From the NCBI GenBank assembly GCA_965219415.1, contig OZ244742.1:1216001-1280000 (forward strand): 64,000 nt of DNA. The letters are read 5' to 3'. Position numbers and translations under genes: made by a program. Under the pieces are notes generated by a model. The model was not told the DNA's origin and searched no databases. It saw only the letters and a list, made by a program, of their open reading frames with translations. This DNA is from Candidatus Marinacidobacterales bacterium (lineage in GTDB: Bacteria > Acidobacteriota > Vicinamibacteria > Marinacidobacterales > DATDRI01). Each line of letters begins with the position of its first letter. The first letter of the stretch is position 1. This document shows positions 10,692 to 20,027 of this stretch, piece after piece.

Positions 10692-11801
10692 ATGACAAAT
10701 CGAGCCGTGCGAAGACTCCAACGATCGGAAGACCCCTATCCGGTTCTCCTGGGCGACGGGCTACTAAACCAAGTGGGACCGAGGCTCCGGGCACTGTGGG
10801 GTCGGAGGCGGATCGTCGTGATCACCCATCGTAAGATCGATCGGCTCTATGGCGGTCGCCTCCGCTCGACGATGGCGAAGTCCGGGCTAGATAGCCACTT
10901 TCTGTTCATTCCCGAAGGGGAACGCTTCAAGAATCTCGACACCGTGCAGAGGCTCTACGACGGGCTCATCCACCATGGCATCGGGCGCGAAGACGGCCTG
11001 GTGGCGCTGGGCGGCGGAGTCGTCGGGGACACCGCCGGTTTCGTGGCGTCCACGTTTCTTCGCGGCGTTGCGTATGCGCAAGTGCCGACGACGTTGCTCG
11101 CCCAGATCGATAGCGCATTGGGCGCGAAGGTCGGAGTCAATCTTCCGCGGGGCAAAAACTTGGTGGGAGCGTTCTATCGACCAGCCGCGGTCTGGATCGA
11201 CCCGTCGGTCTTGGTCACGCTTCCCCGGCGCGAGTTTCGCTCGGGGTTATTCGAAATGCTCAAGTACGGCTTCATTGGTTCGGCCTCGCTCTTTCGCGAC
11301 ATGGAGAGCTCTCCCTCTACTTTCAAATCCCGAAGTCCAGCACTCGCGCGAGGCATCGCGACATCGGCTCGCATGAAGCTTCGCGTGGTCGGTCAGGACG
11401 AACGGGAGTCGGGCCTGCGGCGAATTCTGAATTTCGGACACACCGTTGGCCATGGACTCGAGGCGGCCGGAGAGTACCGCCGGTTGAGTCACGGCGAAGC
11501 GGTCGGCTGGGGCATGATCGCGGCCTGCCGATTGTCGCGCCGACGCGAGCTGATCGGGCTTTCACTCTGCGAGAGAATGGAAGCGGCGGTACGTGGGCTG
11601 GCTCCGCTCCCGAACGTGGGCACACTCCGGTTGGACCGAGCGCTTCGCGCCATCGATCATGACAAGAAGATCGGTCCCCGGGGAATCCGATTCGTTCTTC
11701 CCACCGCGCTCGGCAAAGTCACGGTCGTCGAGAGTGTTCCGCGAGACGATATCCGCTGGGCCCTTGAAGGCCTGGGAGTGGGCCGCCGAAACCATGCCTG
11801 A
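10692..11801 (+). CDS. aroB: 3-dehydroquinate synthase
   Basis: GGGVVGD, VPTTLLAQIDS, GKNLVGAFY, LNFGHTVGH, HGEAV. Confidence 0.95.
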   Translation: MTNRAVRRLQRSEDPYPVLLGDGLLNQVGPRLRALWGRRRIVVITHRKIDRLYGGRLRSTMAKSGLDSHFLFIPEGERFKNLDTVQRLYDGLIHHGIGREDGLVALGGGVVGDTAGFVASTFLRGVAYAQVPTTLLAQIDSALGAKVGVNLPRGKNLVGAFYRPAAVWIDPSVLVTLPRREFRSGLFEMLKYGFIGSASLFRDMESSPSTFKSRSPALARGIATSARMKLRVVGQDERESGLRRILNFGHTVGHGLEAAGEYRRLSHGEAVGWGMIAACRLSRRRELIGLSLCERMEAAVRGLAPLPNVGTLRLDRALRAIDHDKKIGPRGIRFVLPTALGKVTVVESVPRDDIRWALEGLGVGRRNHA

Positions 11802-12483
11802 AGCCTCCGCCGTTCGCCGCATGTTCGCGGGGGTCGCGCCGCGCTACGATCTGCTGAATCACGTACTCAGCCTCGGCATCGACCGGCGGTGGCGACGAGA
11901 CGTCGTCGCCGGCCTCAACCTGAAACCATCCGATCGTGTGCTCGACCTATGTTGTGGGACCGGAGACCTTGCGCTAGAACTAGCTCCGCGCGCGCGATGC
12001 TTGGCCTGCGACTTCACCTGGGAGATGTTGACCCGAGCCAAGGCGAAGTCCGCTCGGGCCGGTAACGCCGGACAGGCACTCCGGCTCGCGGCGGCGGACG
12101 CCCTCAGCCTGCCCTTTCCCGCCGATCAGTTTGACGCGGCGACCATCGGTTTCGGCGTAAGGAACCTGGAGGATTTGGCAGCCGGTTTGCGTGAATTCCG
12201 GCGCGTGCTTCGCCCGAATGGCTCGCTCGCTATCCTGGAGTTCTCACAACCGACTCATCCCCTCCTTCGCTTCCCGTACCAGGCCTACCTTCACGGATTG
12301 CTGCCCCTCATCGGTCGGGCGGTGAGCACACGGAAAGAGGCGTATCGTTACCTGGCGGAATCCATCGCCGGTTTTCCGAATCCGGAAACCTTGAGCGATA
12401 TCCTGGCTGCGGAAGGTTTTCGAAGCGTCAAATACCGACGGCTTACGGGAGGCATCGTCGCAGTACACACCGCGACGGCCTGA
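11794..12483 (+). CDS. ubiE: UbiE/MenG C-methyltransferase
   Basis: MFAGVAPRYDLLNHVLSLG, LDLCCGTGD, FGVRN, AYRYLAESI; ATG 11794 overlaps the aroB end. Confidence 0.9.
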   Translation: MPEASAVRRMFAGVAPRYDLLNHVLSLGIDRRWRRDVVAGLNLKPSDRVLDLCCGTGDLALELAPRARCLACDFTWEMLTRAKAKSARAGNAGQALRLAAADALSLPFPADQFDAATIGFGVRNLEDLAAGLREFRRVLRPNGSLAILEFSQPTHPLLRFPYQAYLHGLLPLIGRAVSTRKEAYRYLAESIAGFPNPETLSDILAAEGFRSVKYRRLTGGIVAVHTATA

Positions 12484-12486
12484 GGG

Positions 12487-13407
12487 TTAGCGCTTCATCA
12501 AAAGGTGAAGGATTGCCTTTTGAATGTGAAGGCGGTTCTCGGCCTGATCGAACACGATGCTCTGCGGCCCGTCCAGAACCTCCGCGGAGACCTCTTCCTC
12601 ACGATGGGCGGGCAAACAGTGCATGAACACGGCGTCTGGCTTGGCCCTCGCCATGAGTGAGGCATTTACTTGATAGGGCTGGAAGATGCCCTTTCTTTGC
12701 TCTGCCTCCGCTTCTTGTCCCATCGACGCCCAGACGTCCGTATAGACGACGTCGGCTCCCTCTGCCGCGATCCCCGGATCCTCGGTGAGCGTTACTTGCG
12801 CTCCCACTTTCTGGGCTTCTCGCTGCACGCTCTTCATGATGATCGACTTCGGCTCGTAAGCCTTGGGCGTAGCTACCGCCATGTGCATTCCAACCTTGGT
12901 GGCGCCGCAGAGTAGCGAATGACACATATTGTTTCCATCCCCGACATAGGCGATCTTGCGCCCCTTGAGCGTTTGTTTCTGTTCCAACAACGTGAAGTAG
13001 TCGGCCAACGCCTGGCACGGGTGCAAGAGATCGGAGAGCCCGTTGATCACCGGGACCGTCGCGTCACGGGCTAGCTCGACGATATCCTGATGGGCGTGAG
13101 TACGAGCCATGATGCCGTTCACGTAGCGAGAAAGAACACGTGCCGTGTCACCGACCGTCTCTCCACGTCCAAGCTGCAAATCGCCGCCGCTCAAGGGAAG
13201 GCCGATGCCCCCGAGTTGGTACATCCCCACTTCAAAGGAGACTCGAGTGCGGGTCGAGGGCTTTTGGAAGATCATGGCCAGTGTCTTACCCGCCAGCGCA
13301 TCACGGTACCCATCCGGCGACCGCTTCATGTCCGCCGCCAGTTTGAACAGCCCCGCGATATCCGGGGCGGTCAGGTCTCGAATCGAGGTGAGGTGGCGTA
13401 GACTCAT
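12487..13407 (-). CDS. argF: Ornithine carbamoyltransferase
   Basis: STRTR, HPCQALAD, SMG, HCLP, QAENRLH. Confidence 0.96.
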   Translation of the reverse strand: MSLRHLTSIRDLTAPDIAGLFKLAADMKRSPDGYRDALAGKTLAMIFQKPSTRTRVSFEVGMYQLGGIGLPLSGGDLQLGRGETVGDTARVLSRYVNGIMARTHAHQDIVELARDATVPVINGLSDLLHPCQALADYFTLLEQKQTLKGRKIAYVGDGNNMCHSLLCGATKVGMHMAVATPKAYEPKSIIMKSVQREAQKVGAQVTLTEDPGIAAEGADVVYTDVWASMGQEAEAEQRKGIFQPYQVNASLMARAKPDAVFMHCLPAHREEEVSAEVLDGPQSIVFDQAENRLHIQKAILHLLMKR

Positions 13408-13409
13408 CG

Positions 13410-14732
13410 TTAGAGTGAAGATAGCGCGTCTTCGAGGTTGGGCTCGCCGATCTCTCGAAGCTCGTAGCGAACCCTGAGAGCAGGTTTATCCAGCTTCACC
13501 AAGTGCCGCAGATCCACCGGAGTCGCGAAGAGGACAATCTCGGCCTCCGAGGCGTCGATGGTCGCCTCCAGATCCTGGATCTGCTTCGCTCCATAGCCCA
13601 TCGCCGGCAGGGCCTCGCCCAGATGGGGGTATTTCTCGAAGGTATCGCGGAGTGTGCCGACGGCGTGCGGCCGTGGATCCACCAGCTCCGAAGCGCCCAA
13701 GCGACGGGCGGCTAGCGCAGCGGCCCCGAACGCCATCCCGCCATGCGTGATGGTGGGTCCATCTTCAATCGCCAACACTTTCTTTCCTCGAATCGTCTCT
13801 TCCTCGTCGACGGAGAGCGGCGACGACGCCTCGACCACCATCGCCTTCGGGTTGCTTGCGGCGATGTTTTGTCGCAGCGTTCGAATCCCCTCTTGGCTGG
13901 CGGAGTCCATCTTGTTGATAACTATAACCTGAGCTCTCAGTAAATTGGCCTCTCCGGGATGATACCTCAGCTCGTGCCCGGCACGATGTGGGTCGGCCAC
14001 GACGATCTCGACCGTGGGCCGGTAGAAGGGCAGGTCGTTGTTTCCCCCATCCCAGAGTAAGACGTCACACTCGGCCTCGGCTCGCCTCAAGATATCTTCG
14101 TAGTCGACCCCCGCGTATACGACAGCGCCTTCGGCCAAATGAGGCTCGTACTCCTCCCGTTCCTCGATCGTGCAATCGTGGTGGTCCAGATCTTCGAACG
14201 AAGCAAATCTCTGCAAGCGTTGTTTGACCAGGTCGCCGTACGGCATAGGGTGACGCACCACCACCACCCGCCGACCCTTCTCCACGAGAATACGGCGCAC
14301 TCTTCTAGTGGTTTGACTCTTGCCCGCGCCGGTGCGAACCGCGCAGATCGAGACCACCGGCACCTTCGCGTCGAGCATCGTGCTCCGGGCTCCTAAGAGC
14401 TTGAAGTCCGCATCCGCCGCGATGGTCGTTGAGGCTCGGTGCATGACGTGCTCGTGACTCACATCGCTGTAGGAAAATACCACCTGGTCGACGCTCAACT
14501 TGGGAATGAGTTGGGCAAGGTCGTCTTCGGAGTGAATCGAAATTCCTTGCGGGTACAGAGATCCGGCTAGCTCGGGAGGATAGCGACGGCCTTCGATGTT
14601 CGGAATCTGAGTGGCGGTAAATGCGACGACCTCATATCGGGGGTCGCTCCGATAACGAACGTTGAAATTATGGAAATCGCGTCCGGCGGCCCCCATAATG
14701 AGCACCCGGGTCTTTTTCGTTCCGCTCCCCAT
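13410..14732 (-). CDS. COG2403 P-loop NTPase (cyclic 2,3-diphosphoglycerate synthase-like; probable arginine synthetase ArcE)
   Basis: GAAGRDFHNFN, AVRTGAGKSQT, RHPMPYG, TIEEREEYEPH, WDGGNND, EDGPTITHG; stop 2 nt before the OTC start. Confidence 0.8.
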   Translation of the reverse strand: MGSGTKKTRVLIMGAAGRDFHNFNVRYRSDPRYEVVAFTATQIPNIEGRRYPPELAGSLYPQGISIHSEDDLAQLIPKLSVDQVVFSYSDVSHEHVMHRASTTIAADADFKLLGARSTMLDAKVPVVSICAVRTGAGKSQTTRRVRRILVEKGRRVVVVRHPMPYGDLVKQRLQRFASFEDLDHHDCTIEEREEYEPHLAEGAVVYAGVDYEDILRRAEAECDVLLWDGGNNDLPFYRPTVEIVVADPHRAGHELRYHPGEANLLRAQVIVINKMDSASQEGIRTLRQNIAASNPKAMVVEASSPLSVDEEETIRGKKVLAIEDGPTITHGGMAFGAAALAARRLGASELVDPRPHAVGTLRDTFEKYPHLGEALPAMGYGAKQIQDLEATIDASEAEIVLFATPVDLRHLVKLDKPALRVRYELREIGEPNLEDALSSL

Positions 14733-14931
14733 CCGCTCACTTCTTCCTTCCCGTCGGCTATGGCGAGTTTCCAAACAGCGATCGCGACCAAGCGATAGCT
14801 CTAAGCTTTTGATCGATCGTCCCGGCGAGATATAAGACAGCCGCTTCTGCTTGTCAAGGCCAGGGCGGTGGTCAGCGTTCTTCGGTTCCGCGGCGGAGGC
14901 CACCGTCGAAGAAAAGCGCGACGGTCAGATG

Positions 14932-15849
14932 TCAGGCGGCCCGAGAGAGAATTGGAATCAGCCCATCCGCCAGCGAGAAACTCGAGCTCGCGGAGCGGAA
15001 CCAACGAAGCTAGATGGTGCAGGACCTCCAGCACCTCTTGTGTTTCCTTGGCGAGATAGTAAGGGACGATCGCCCTCGAAAGAAGCTCCGCCGCCAAGAG
15101 CGACGGGCGGCCTTCATGAACACGGTGACGGTCCCCCTTCTTAAGGAGGAATACCCCCGCTAAAGGATAGGAAGAGGACGACACCACGTCACCCCTCCCC
15201 CGGCCAGGGTGTGCCGTAGGCCCGAAAAGACTCACCCTCACGGCGCAGCGCGATACGCTCATCGCTCAGTAGCTCCAATCCCTCGGCCGCCAACAATCGA
15301 GAGAGGGTAGTCTTGCCATCTCCGGAGTGCCCGGCGAATACGAACGCTTTGCCATCGATGACCGCGCCGCTGGCGTGTAGAAGCAGGCCGTTGGTGTGCG
15401 CCAGGGGGGCCAAGAACAGGAGCTGATCCAACGGGATGAGGCAGCTGAAAACCAGAACGCCCGGCCGGCTCGCTGCTCCACAGTTGACCCCAGTGCGTTT
15501 CATCGAAGACGAGCTGGTAATGCTGAAAACCTGGGTCCGCGGTCGCGTGGACCAACTGGCCACGGTAAGGATGGTAGCACTCGTAGATGGTCCGGCCTTC
15601 TTCTTTCCGTACAAGCCAGTTGAGTCCTGACTCGTAAGCCAGGGCAGCGCTGGTCCGGGGAATCGAGGCCTGCGAATCGGCGGCGATCGTGATCACCGGG
15701 GAGTCGGCGCTGGCGAAGGATCCAAACGGGCCGGGAAGCTCGAGCGGGGCCTTCATGCCCGCCCCCACCGTGATCTCGGCCGCGATCCCGGCAATCGAGA
15801 AACGGCGGTGACCGCCGGGTGGAATCGATAGGTTAGACAGCTTGGGCAA
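14932..15849 (-). pseudogene. HPr-kinase-like P-loop protein with three apparent +1 frameshifts
   Basis: LLHASG...FAGHSGDGKTTLS, LSDERI, YGTPW; removing one base at 15433-35, 15192-95 and 14978-80 gives one ~304-aa ORF. Confidence 0.75.
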
Positions 15850-15919
15850 TATATTGAGGGTTCTCAGCGTGATACCGTGACGCCGTTACAGCACGACTTC
15901 CGTCGCCCTTTGGAACGGA

Positions 15920-16099
15920 CTAGCTACCAATATCGAAGCAGGAATTGATGTTGCACGCCCTCGGCACCGATGCTCCGACCTTCATGTCACTCATCGTCTT
16001 GCATCCAGCGGCTAGACTCTCCTCGGGCTTGAGTTCGACGCGTCGGAGCTCCGGCTTGGAATAGGCTTTTCTCTGGTTGCCGTCCTGGTTCTGGTTCAT
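15920..16099 (-). CDS. Putative RiPP precursor peptide, 59 aa, 3 Cys
   Basis: MNQNQDGNQRKAYSKPELRRVELKPEESLAAGCKTMSDMKVGASVPRACNINSCFDIGS; ATG overlaps the rSAM stop (TAATG); YxxPxL leader. Confidence 0.85.
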   Translation of the reverse strand: MNQNQDGNQRKAYSKPELRRVELKPEESLAAGCKTMSDMKVGASVPRACNINSCFDIGS

Positions 16100-17259
16100 T
16101 ACCTACACCCTCCAGTCGACTGAAGCACGGGAAGCAAGACCTCACTCCCCGCTGGTTTCAAACTTCGCGTGTACTGATCGACCGGCCCATCCCAGTAGCC
16201 AAGTTTTTCGGCGCGCCGGTGGCCGACCCCGCAGCTATACTCCACGCGGGCTTCCGTATTTCCCTTTTCCATCTCCGACCAGGCAGGGCACTTGCCGCAG
16301 AGCGAGATCAGATTGCACGAATTACATTGATGATCGGCGCCCCGTATCTGCCGGTAGATGGGTGGAAACATCTCGTCCCAGATCTACCGGAAAGACCTCT
16401 CCTTCAAACTGAACTCTTTGTCGTTTCCGCGAAGCAAAATGCACATGGACATCTTCCCGTATGGGTCGATGTGAAACGTCTGACTGCCGGCACCGCAGGA
16501 GAACAAGCGACTGGAACGGAACTCCCTACGCCCCTCGTTGTAATACTGCTGGTACTCTTCCGCTCGCGACGGAATGGAAAACTCGAGGTCCACCGCTTCC
16601 TGCGGGCTGAGGCGAACGTTGCACGGTGTGAGGGAGCTGTCGAGGTTCGGATTGATCTGAGTGTCCCACTTGAAGAAAACGCCCCGACTCTCGGCGAACT
16701 GAAACATGTCCATGAACTCGTGCTGGTTGGTCTTCAACACGATGGTCTTGAGCTGCAACGGCAGGTCGCGTTCGAGGAGTAGATCCACACCGCGATAGCA
16801 TTTCTCTCTGGCACCCGGAATGCCCGTCACTTTGTCGTAGGTTTCCTCGCTGTAACCGTAGAGAGTTATCTCGATGTTGCTGGGAGGCATGTCGGCGAGT
16901 CGGTCGACGATCTTCTCGGTGAGCATGGTTCCGTTGGTGAAGAGAGTCAGCAAGAAACCCTTCCGAATCGCGTGCTCGTAGATTTCGAAGAAATCGGGAC
17001 GCATGAAGATCTCTCCCCCGGTCAGCAGAAGCCAGAGGGTTCCCGCATCGGCAATCTGATCGAGAACGTCTTTCATCTCCTCGGTGTTGAGGATCTCGGA
17101 CGGCCAGTCCCCGTCTCGGTAGCAGTGGAGGCACCTGAGGTTGCAACGTAGATCCAGTTCCAGCGACCCGGTGATGGGGACGCGATTCTGAAGCCACTTG
17201 CCGACAACATCTTTTCCGAACTGCTCCACGGGGAGGTCCGGAATCTGCGTGCATGCCAT
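16099..17259 (-). CDS. Radical SAM/SPASM peptide maturase with one in-frame TAG at 16384-16386
   Basis: CNLRCLHC (CxxxCxxC), TGGE, TNG; SPASM cysteines in CGAG, MCI, CNSCNLISLCGKC, YSC; both ORF halves share one frame. Confidence 0.88.
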
Positions 17260-17309
17260 GTGACGGTCTCCTTATTGTGTGGGACAGAATTCAGCCCACG
17301 GCCAAAGGA

Positions 17310-17324
17310 GCAATCTCCGTGCCA
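17310..17324 (-). promoter_or_regulatory. Sigma54 -24/-12 promoter of the rSAM operon
   Basis: TGGCAC-GGAGA-TTGC on the minus strand, ~50 bp upstream of the rSAM ATG. Confidence 0.8.
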
Positions 17325-17459
17325 CGGACCTTCCATGACGCGTGTCCCTAACAGACTTTAAATCATCCAATTAGAGCCGCTTGCTTGGGTATGCCGTTCT
17401 CCAGTGTAGAGAAATCCCCCCATGCCGAGGGCACAGAGCTCCAATTTTTGGGCGAGGGG

Positions 17460-18599
17460 TCAGTTGGCCTGTCGTTCGGCAAGTGCTGCCCTGGCGCGCT
17501 CCACCAGCTCGGCGACGCGGGCCGCTGATGGGTCATTCGGAGCGAGCTTCACGAATGCATCGTACTCTCGAAGGGAATCCTCGATGCGATCCAGGTTCTC
17601 GTACGCTATCGCGAGATTGAGCCTGACGTTGGGTTGCTTGGGCTCCAGAGCCGACGACGCCTCGAGTGGAGACACCGCGTCGGCGAAACGCTGCTCGTGC
17701 ACGAATGCGGCGCCGAGCCCCGCGTGCCCGCGTGGGTCGCTCGGGTTGTCCGTCGCGATGCGCTCAAACACTTCCACCGCTTCGTCCGATCGGCTGGCGT
17801 CAATCAGAGCGGTACCCAATTCCAAGTTGGGTTCCTGGCTGGTTGGAGCCAGTTCGGCCGCGCGTTCGAGCTCGACGATCGCCAAGTCCACCTCACCATT
17901 TCGTCGGTGGATGCGGGCCAAGTCTACTCGCGCCTGCGCGTCGAAGGGTTTGTTCTCAACGAACCAATTCTGGAGCTCACCCGCTTCGGTGAGCTCATCG
18001 GTGTCCACCAGGAGACTTATCAAAGCCTTACGCGTTAGCTCGTCATTGGGCTTGACGCCGATGGCATCGCGAAGACTCGCCTTGGCTCCGCCGATGTCGC
18101 CTAACTTTTGCTTGCACAGCCCAACGAAAAGGTGACCGGTGTGATGGGAAGGCGAAGTGTGGAGCAAGTCCTCGAAGTAACCCAGCGCTTCTTCGTAGTT
18201 GCCGGCACGAAACGCTCCCTTGCCCTTGCGGGTCGCTTCCGCTGCCTCGCCAAACGCTTCCGGCTCGGCTCCCGATTCGGCGGACGCGACCAACGCGTTG
18301 TCTACCAAAGCGTCGTCTGCCAAAGCGTCGTCTACCAGAGCGTCATCCACGGAAAGCGCGTCGCTGGTGTTCGGGTCGGCGGAGGTCCCGCTGGCGAGCC
18401 ATCGGAAGCTCACTACGAGGACACCGAGGACCGCTACCATGACGATGGCTAACTTGACGGCGGCGGGGAGCCCCGCAACACCGCTTCCCCCACCGGCCTT
18501 CCTTTTAGCGCCGGTGACCCGGGGTAGTGGTTCACCACAGCGAACGCAGTCTTCGTACTTGGGTCGATTCCTGACTCCGCAGACCCGACAGATTTTCAT
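17460..18599 (-). CDS. Zinc-ribbon, TM, TPR protein (paralog A)
   Basis: CRVC...CVRC, one TM helix, multiple TPRs; ATG overlaps the pilW-like stop. Confidence 0.8.
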   Translation of the reverse strand: MKICRVCGVRNRPKYEDCVRCGEPLPRVTGAKRKAGGGSGVAGLPAAVKLAIVMVAVLGVLVVSFRWLASGTSADPNTSDALSVDDALVDDALADDALVDNALVASAESGAEPEAFGEAAEATRKGKGAFRAGNYEEALGYFEDLLHTSPSHHTGHLFVGLCKQKLGDIGGAKASLRDAIGVKPNDELTRKALISLLVDTDELTEAGELQNWFVENKPFDAQARVDLARIHRRNGEVDLAIVELERAAELAPTSQEPNLELGTALIDASRSDEAVEVFERIATDNPSDPRGHAGLGAAFVHEQRFADAVSPLEASSALEPKQPNVRLNLAIAYENLDRIEDSLREYDAFVKLAPNDPSAARVAELVERARAALAERQAN

Positions 18600-19705
18600 T
18601 AATTGTACACAGGTCCGGTTACCGAACCAGCGGTTCGAAAGGCAAGCCCGGATGCGATATTCCGCGGGTTGACGTTCGAGGAGAACGTCTTGCGGATGAA
18701 GTTCCCATCCGCGGCGGTCGCGCCTTCTGTGGACCCTTGGAGGTTCTGAGACAACGAGCGAGCCGAAACGGTGACGCGAACGCCGTTGACCATCTCGGCG
18801 GCGGTGATGTCCACGGTGACGGTAGGTTGTGGGTCGGGAGGATCATCCTGCTCGTTCGCCACGTCCGTCCCGCCGACCAGGTAGACCACCTGAAAGTCCT
18901 CGAGGTACGCCACCGGACTCCCCTGGGCGGCGAAATTCACCTCCCGCATCAAGCGGTTGGGAGGGGGACCGGATTCCACCATGCTGGGATCAGGTTCAGC
19001 GTAGTATCGGACAACCGAAATCGCAGTTACCATCGTAGGCTGGAACCCCACGGGCACCGCCACCACGTCTCGGGACTGGTACTCGGCAAGGACCGGCCCT
19101 CCTTCGTTACCGGCTGGGGGATCGGGCTCTACCGTGATATCCATCTGGCCAAGTCCGTCCGGTTGCGCGTCCCGCACGTAGCCCATGATCCAGTAACCGC
19201 TAAGAGGTAAATTGTCGTAGAGCACAACCAGATCGCCTATCTCGAGGTCGGACCAGTCGCCCGCCGTCTTGAAGGCGCAACTGGTCAAGTCTCCACCGAA
19301 AGAGGTCGGATCTACTTCGGTAGGCTCCTCCGTTTGGAACGATCCGCCGAGTGAGCCCATGATCACGATCTCATCTGGATCCGCGCCACCGTCTCCTACG
19401 TTCACATCCATAGCCGTCGTGCTAAAAGCGGGAAACTCGGGGGGAAGGCCTGCGCCGGCTTGAATTGCGTCCTTCGTCACGATATCCAGGGCGGCCCGTG
19501 CGCTCTGCTGCATATCCGCTATCTCGGGCTCCCTTTGGAAGGTAGATTGGCCACGACTCAATAGGCCGAAGACCGCGCTCATGACGATCAGCGTGATCAT
19601 CATCGAGACCATCACTTCGATGAGCGTGAATCCCGACGCCGGAGATGCGTTCCCGATCGCCCGGGCCAAAATCTTTTTTTGATGTAGCTTGCTAAACATG
19701 ACCAT
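18599..19705 (-). CDS. Minor pilin, PilW-like
   Basis: GFTLIEVMVSM prepilin motif, MQQSARAALD; start placed downstream of the sigma54-like site. Confidence 0.82.
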   Translation of the reverse strand: MVMFSKLHQKKILARAIGNASPASGFTLIEVMVSMMITLIVMSAVFGLLSRGQSTFQREPEIADMQQSARAALDIVTKDAIQAGAGLPPEFPAFSTTAMDVNVGDGGADPDEIVIMGSLGGSFQTEEPTEVDPTSFGGDLTSCAFKTAGDWSDLEIGDLVVLYDNLPLSGYWIMGYVRDAQPDGLGQMDITVEPDPPAGNEGGPVLAEYQSRDVVAVPVGFQPTMVTAISVVRYYAEPDPSMVESGPPPNRLMREVNFAAQGSPVAYLEDFQVVYLVGGTDVANEQDDPPDPQPTVTVDITAAEMVNGVRVTVSARSLSQNLQGSTEGATAADGNFIRKTFSSNVNPRNIASGLAFRTAGSVTGPVYN

Positions 19706-19827
19706 CACCCCTTCAGCAAATCCCGGCGTCCCCCGGAATGACGTCCGATCGCCATTTTGGGAAGGTACACCAAGGCGGCGAGATTCACGAAGACCGTATG
19801 GGGCTCCGGTCTCCCTCGCCAATGAAT

Positions 19828-19842
19828 GCAATTGCAAAGCCA
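19828..19842 (-). promoter_or_regulatory. Sigma54-like promoter
   Basis: TGGCTT-TGCAA-TTGC with correct GG-N10-GC spacing upstream of the pilW-like gene. Confidence 0.55.
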
Positions 19843-20027
19843 ACGTTTCCTTCATCCTTCGAGTCGGCGCCCTCTCGGTTCGCCTCTTTGGAGTCAACAA
19901 TTTGTCCCTATTCTGGGCTATTTCACCCGCAGATTTCCGTGAGAAGACCTGTAGCCACGATCCCCTCCGGACGGGGGGATTTCCCCCTCCCCGAACATAA
20001 AAGTCGACATTTTTCGCGGCGGGCCCA

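Noticed and set aside
15920-16099. Lasso peptide
   Set aside because: The leader resembles YxxPxL, but there is no lasso cyclase or B2 protease and no matching Thr(-2)/ring layout
19706-19900. N-terminal extension of the pilW-like ORF (likewise the extensions of fimU, ubiE and the COG2403 gene)
   Set aside because: Overlaps promoters or adjacent genes; better starts lie downstream
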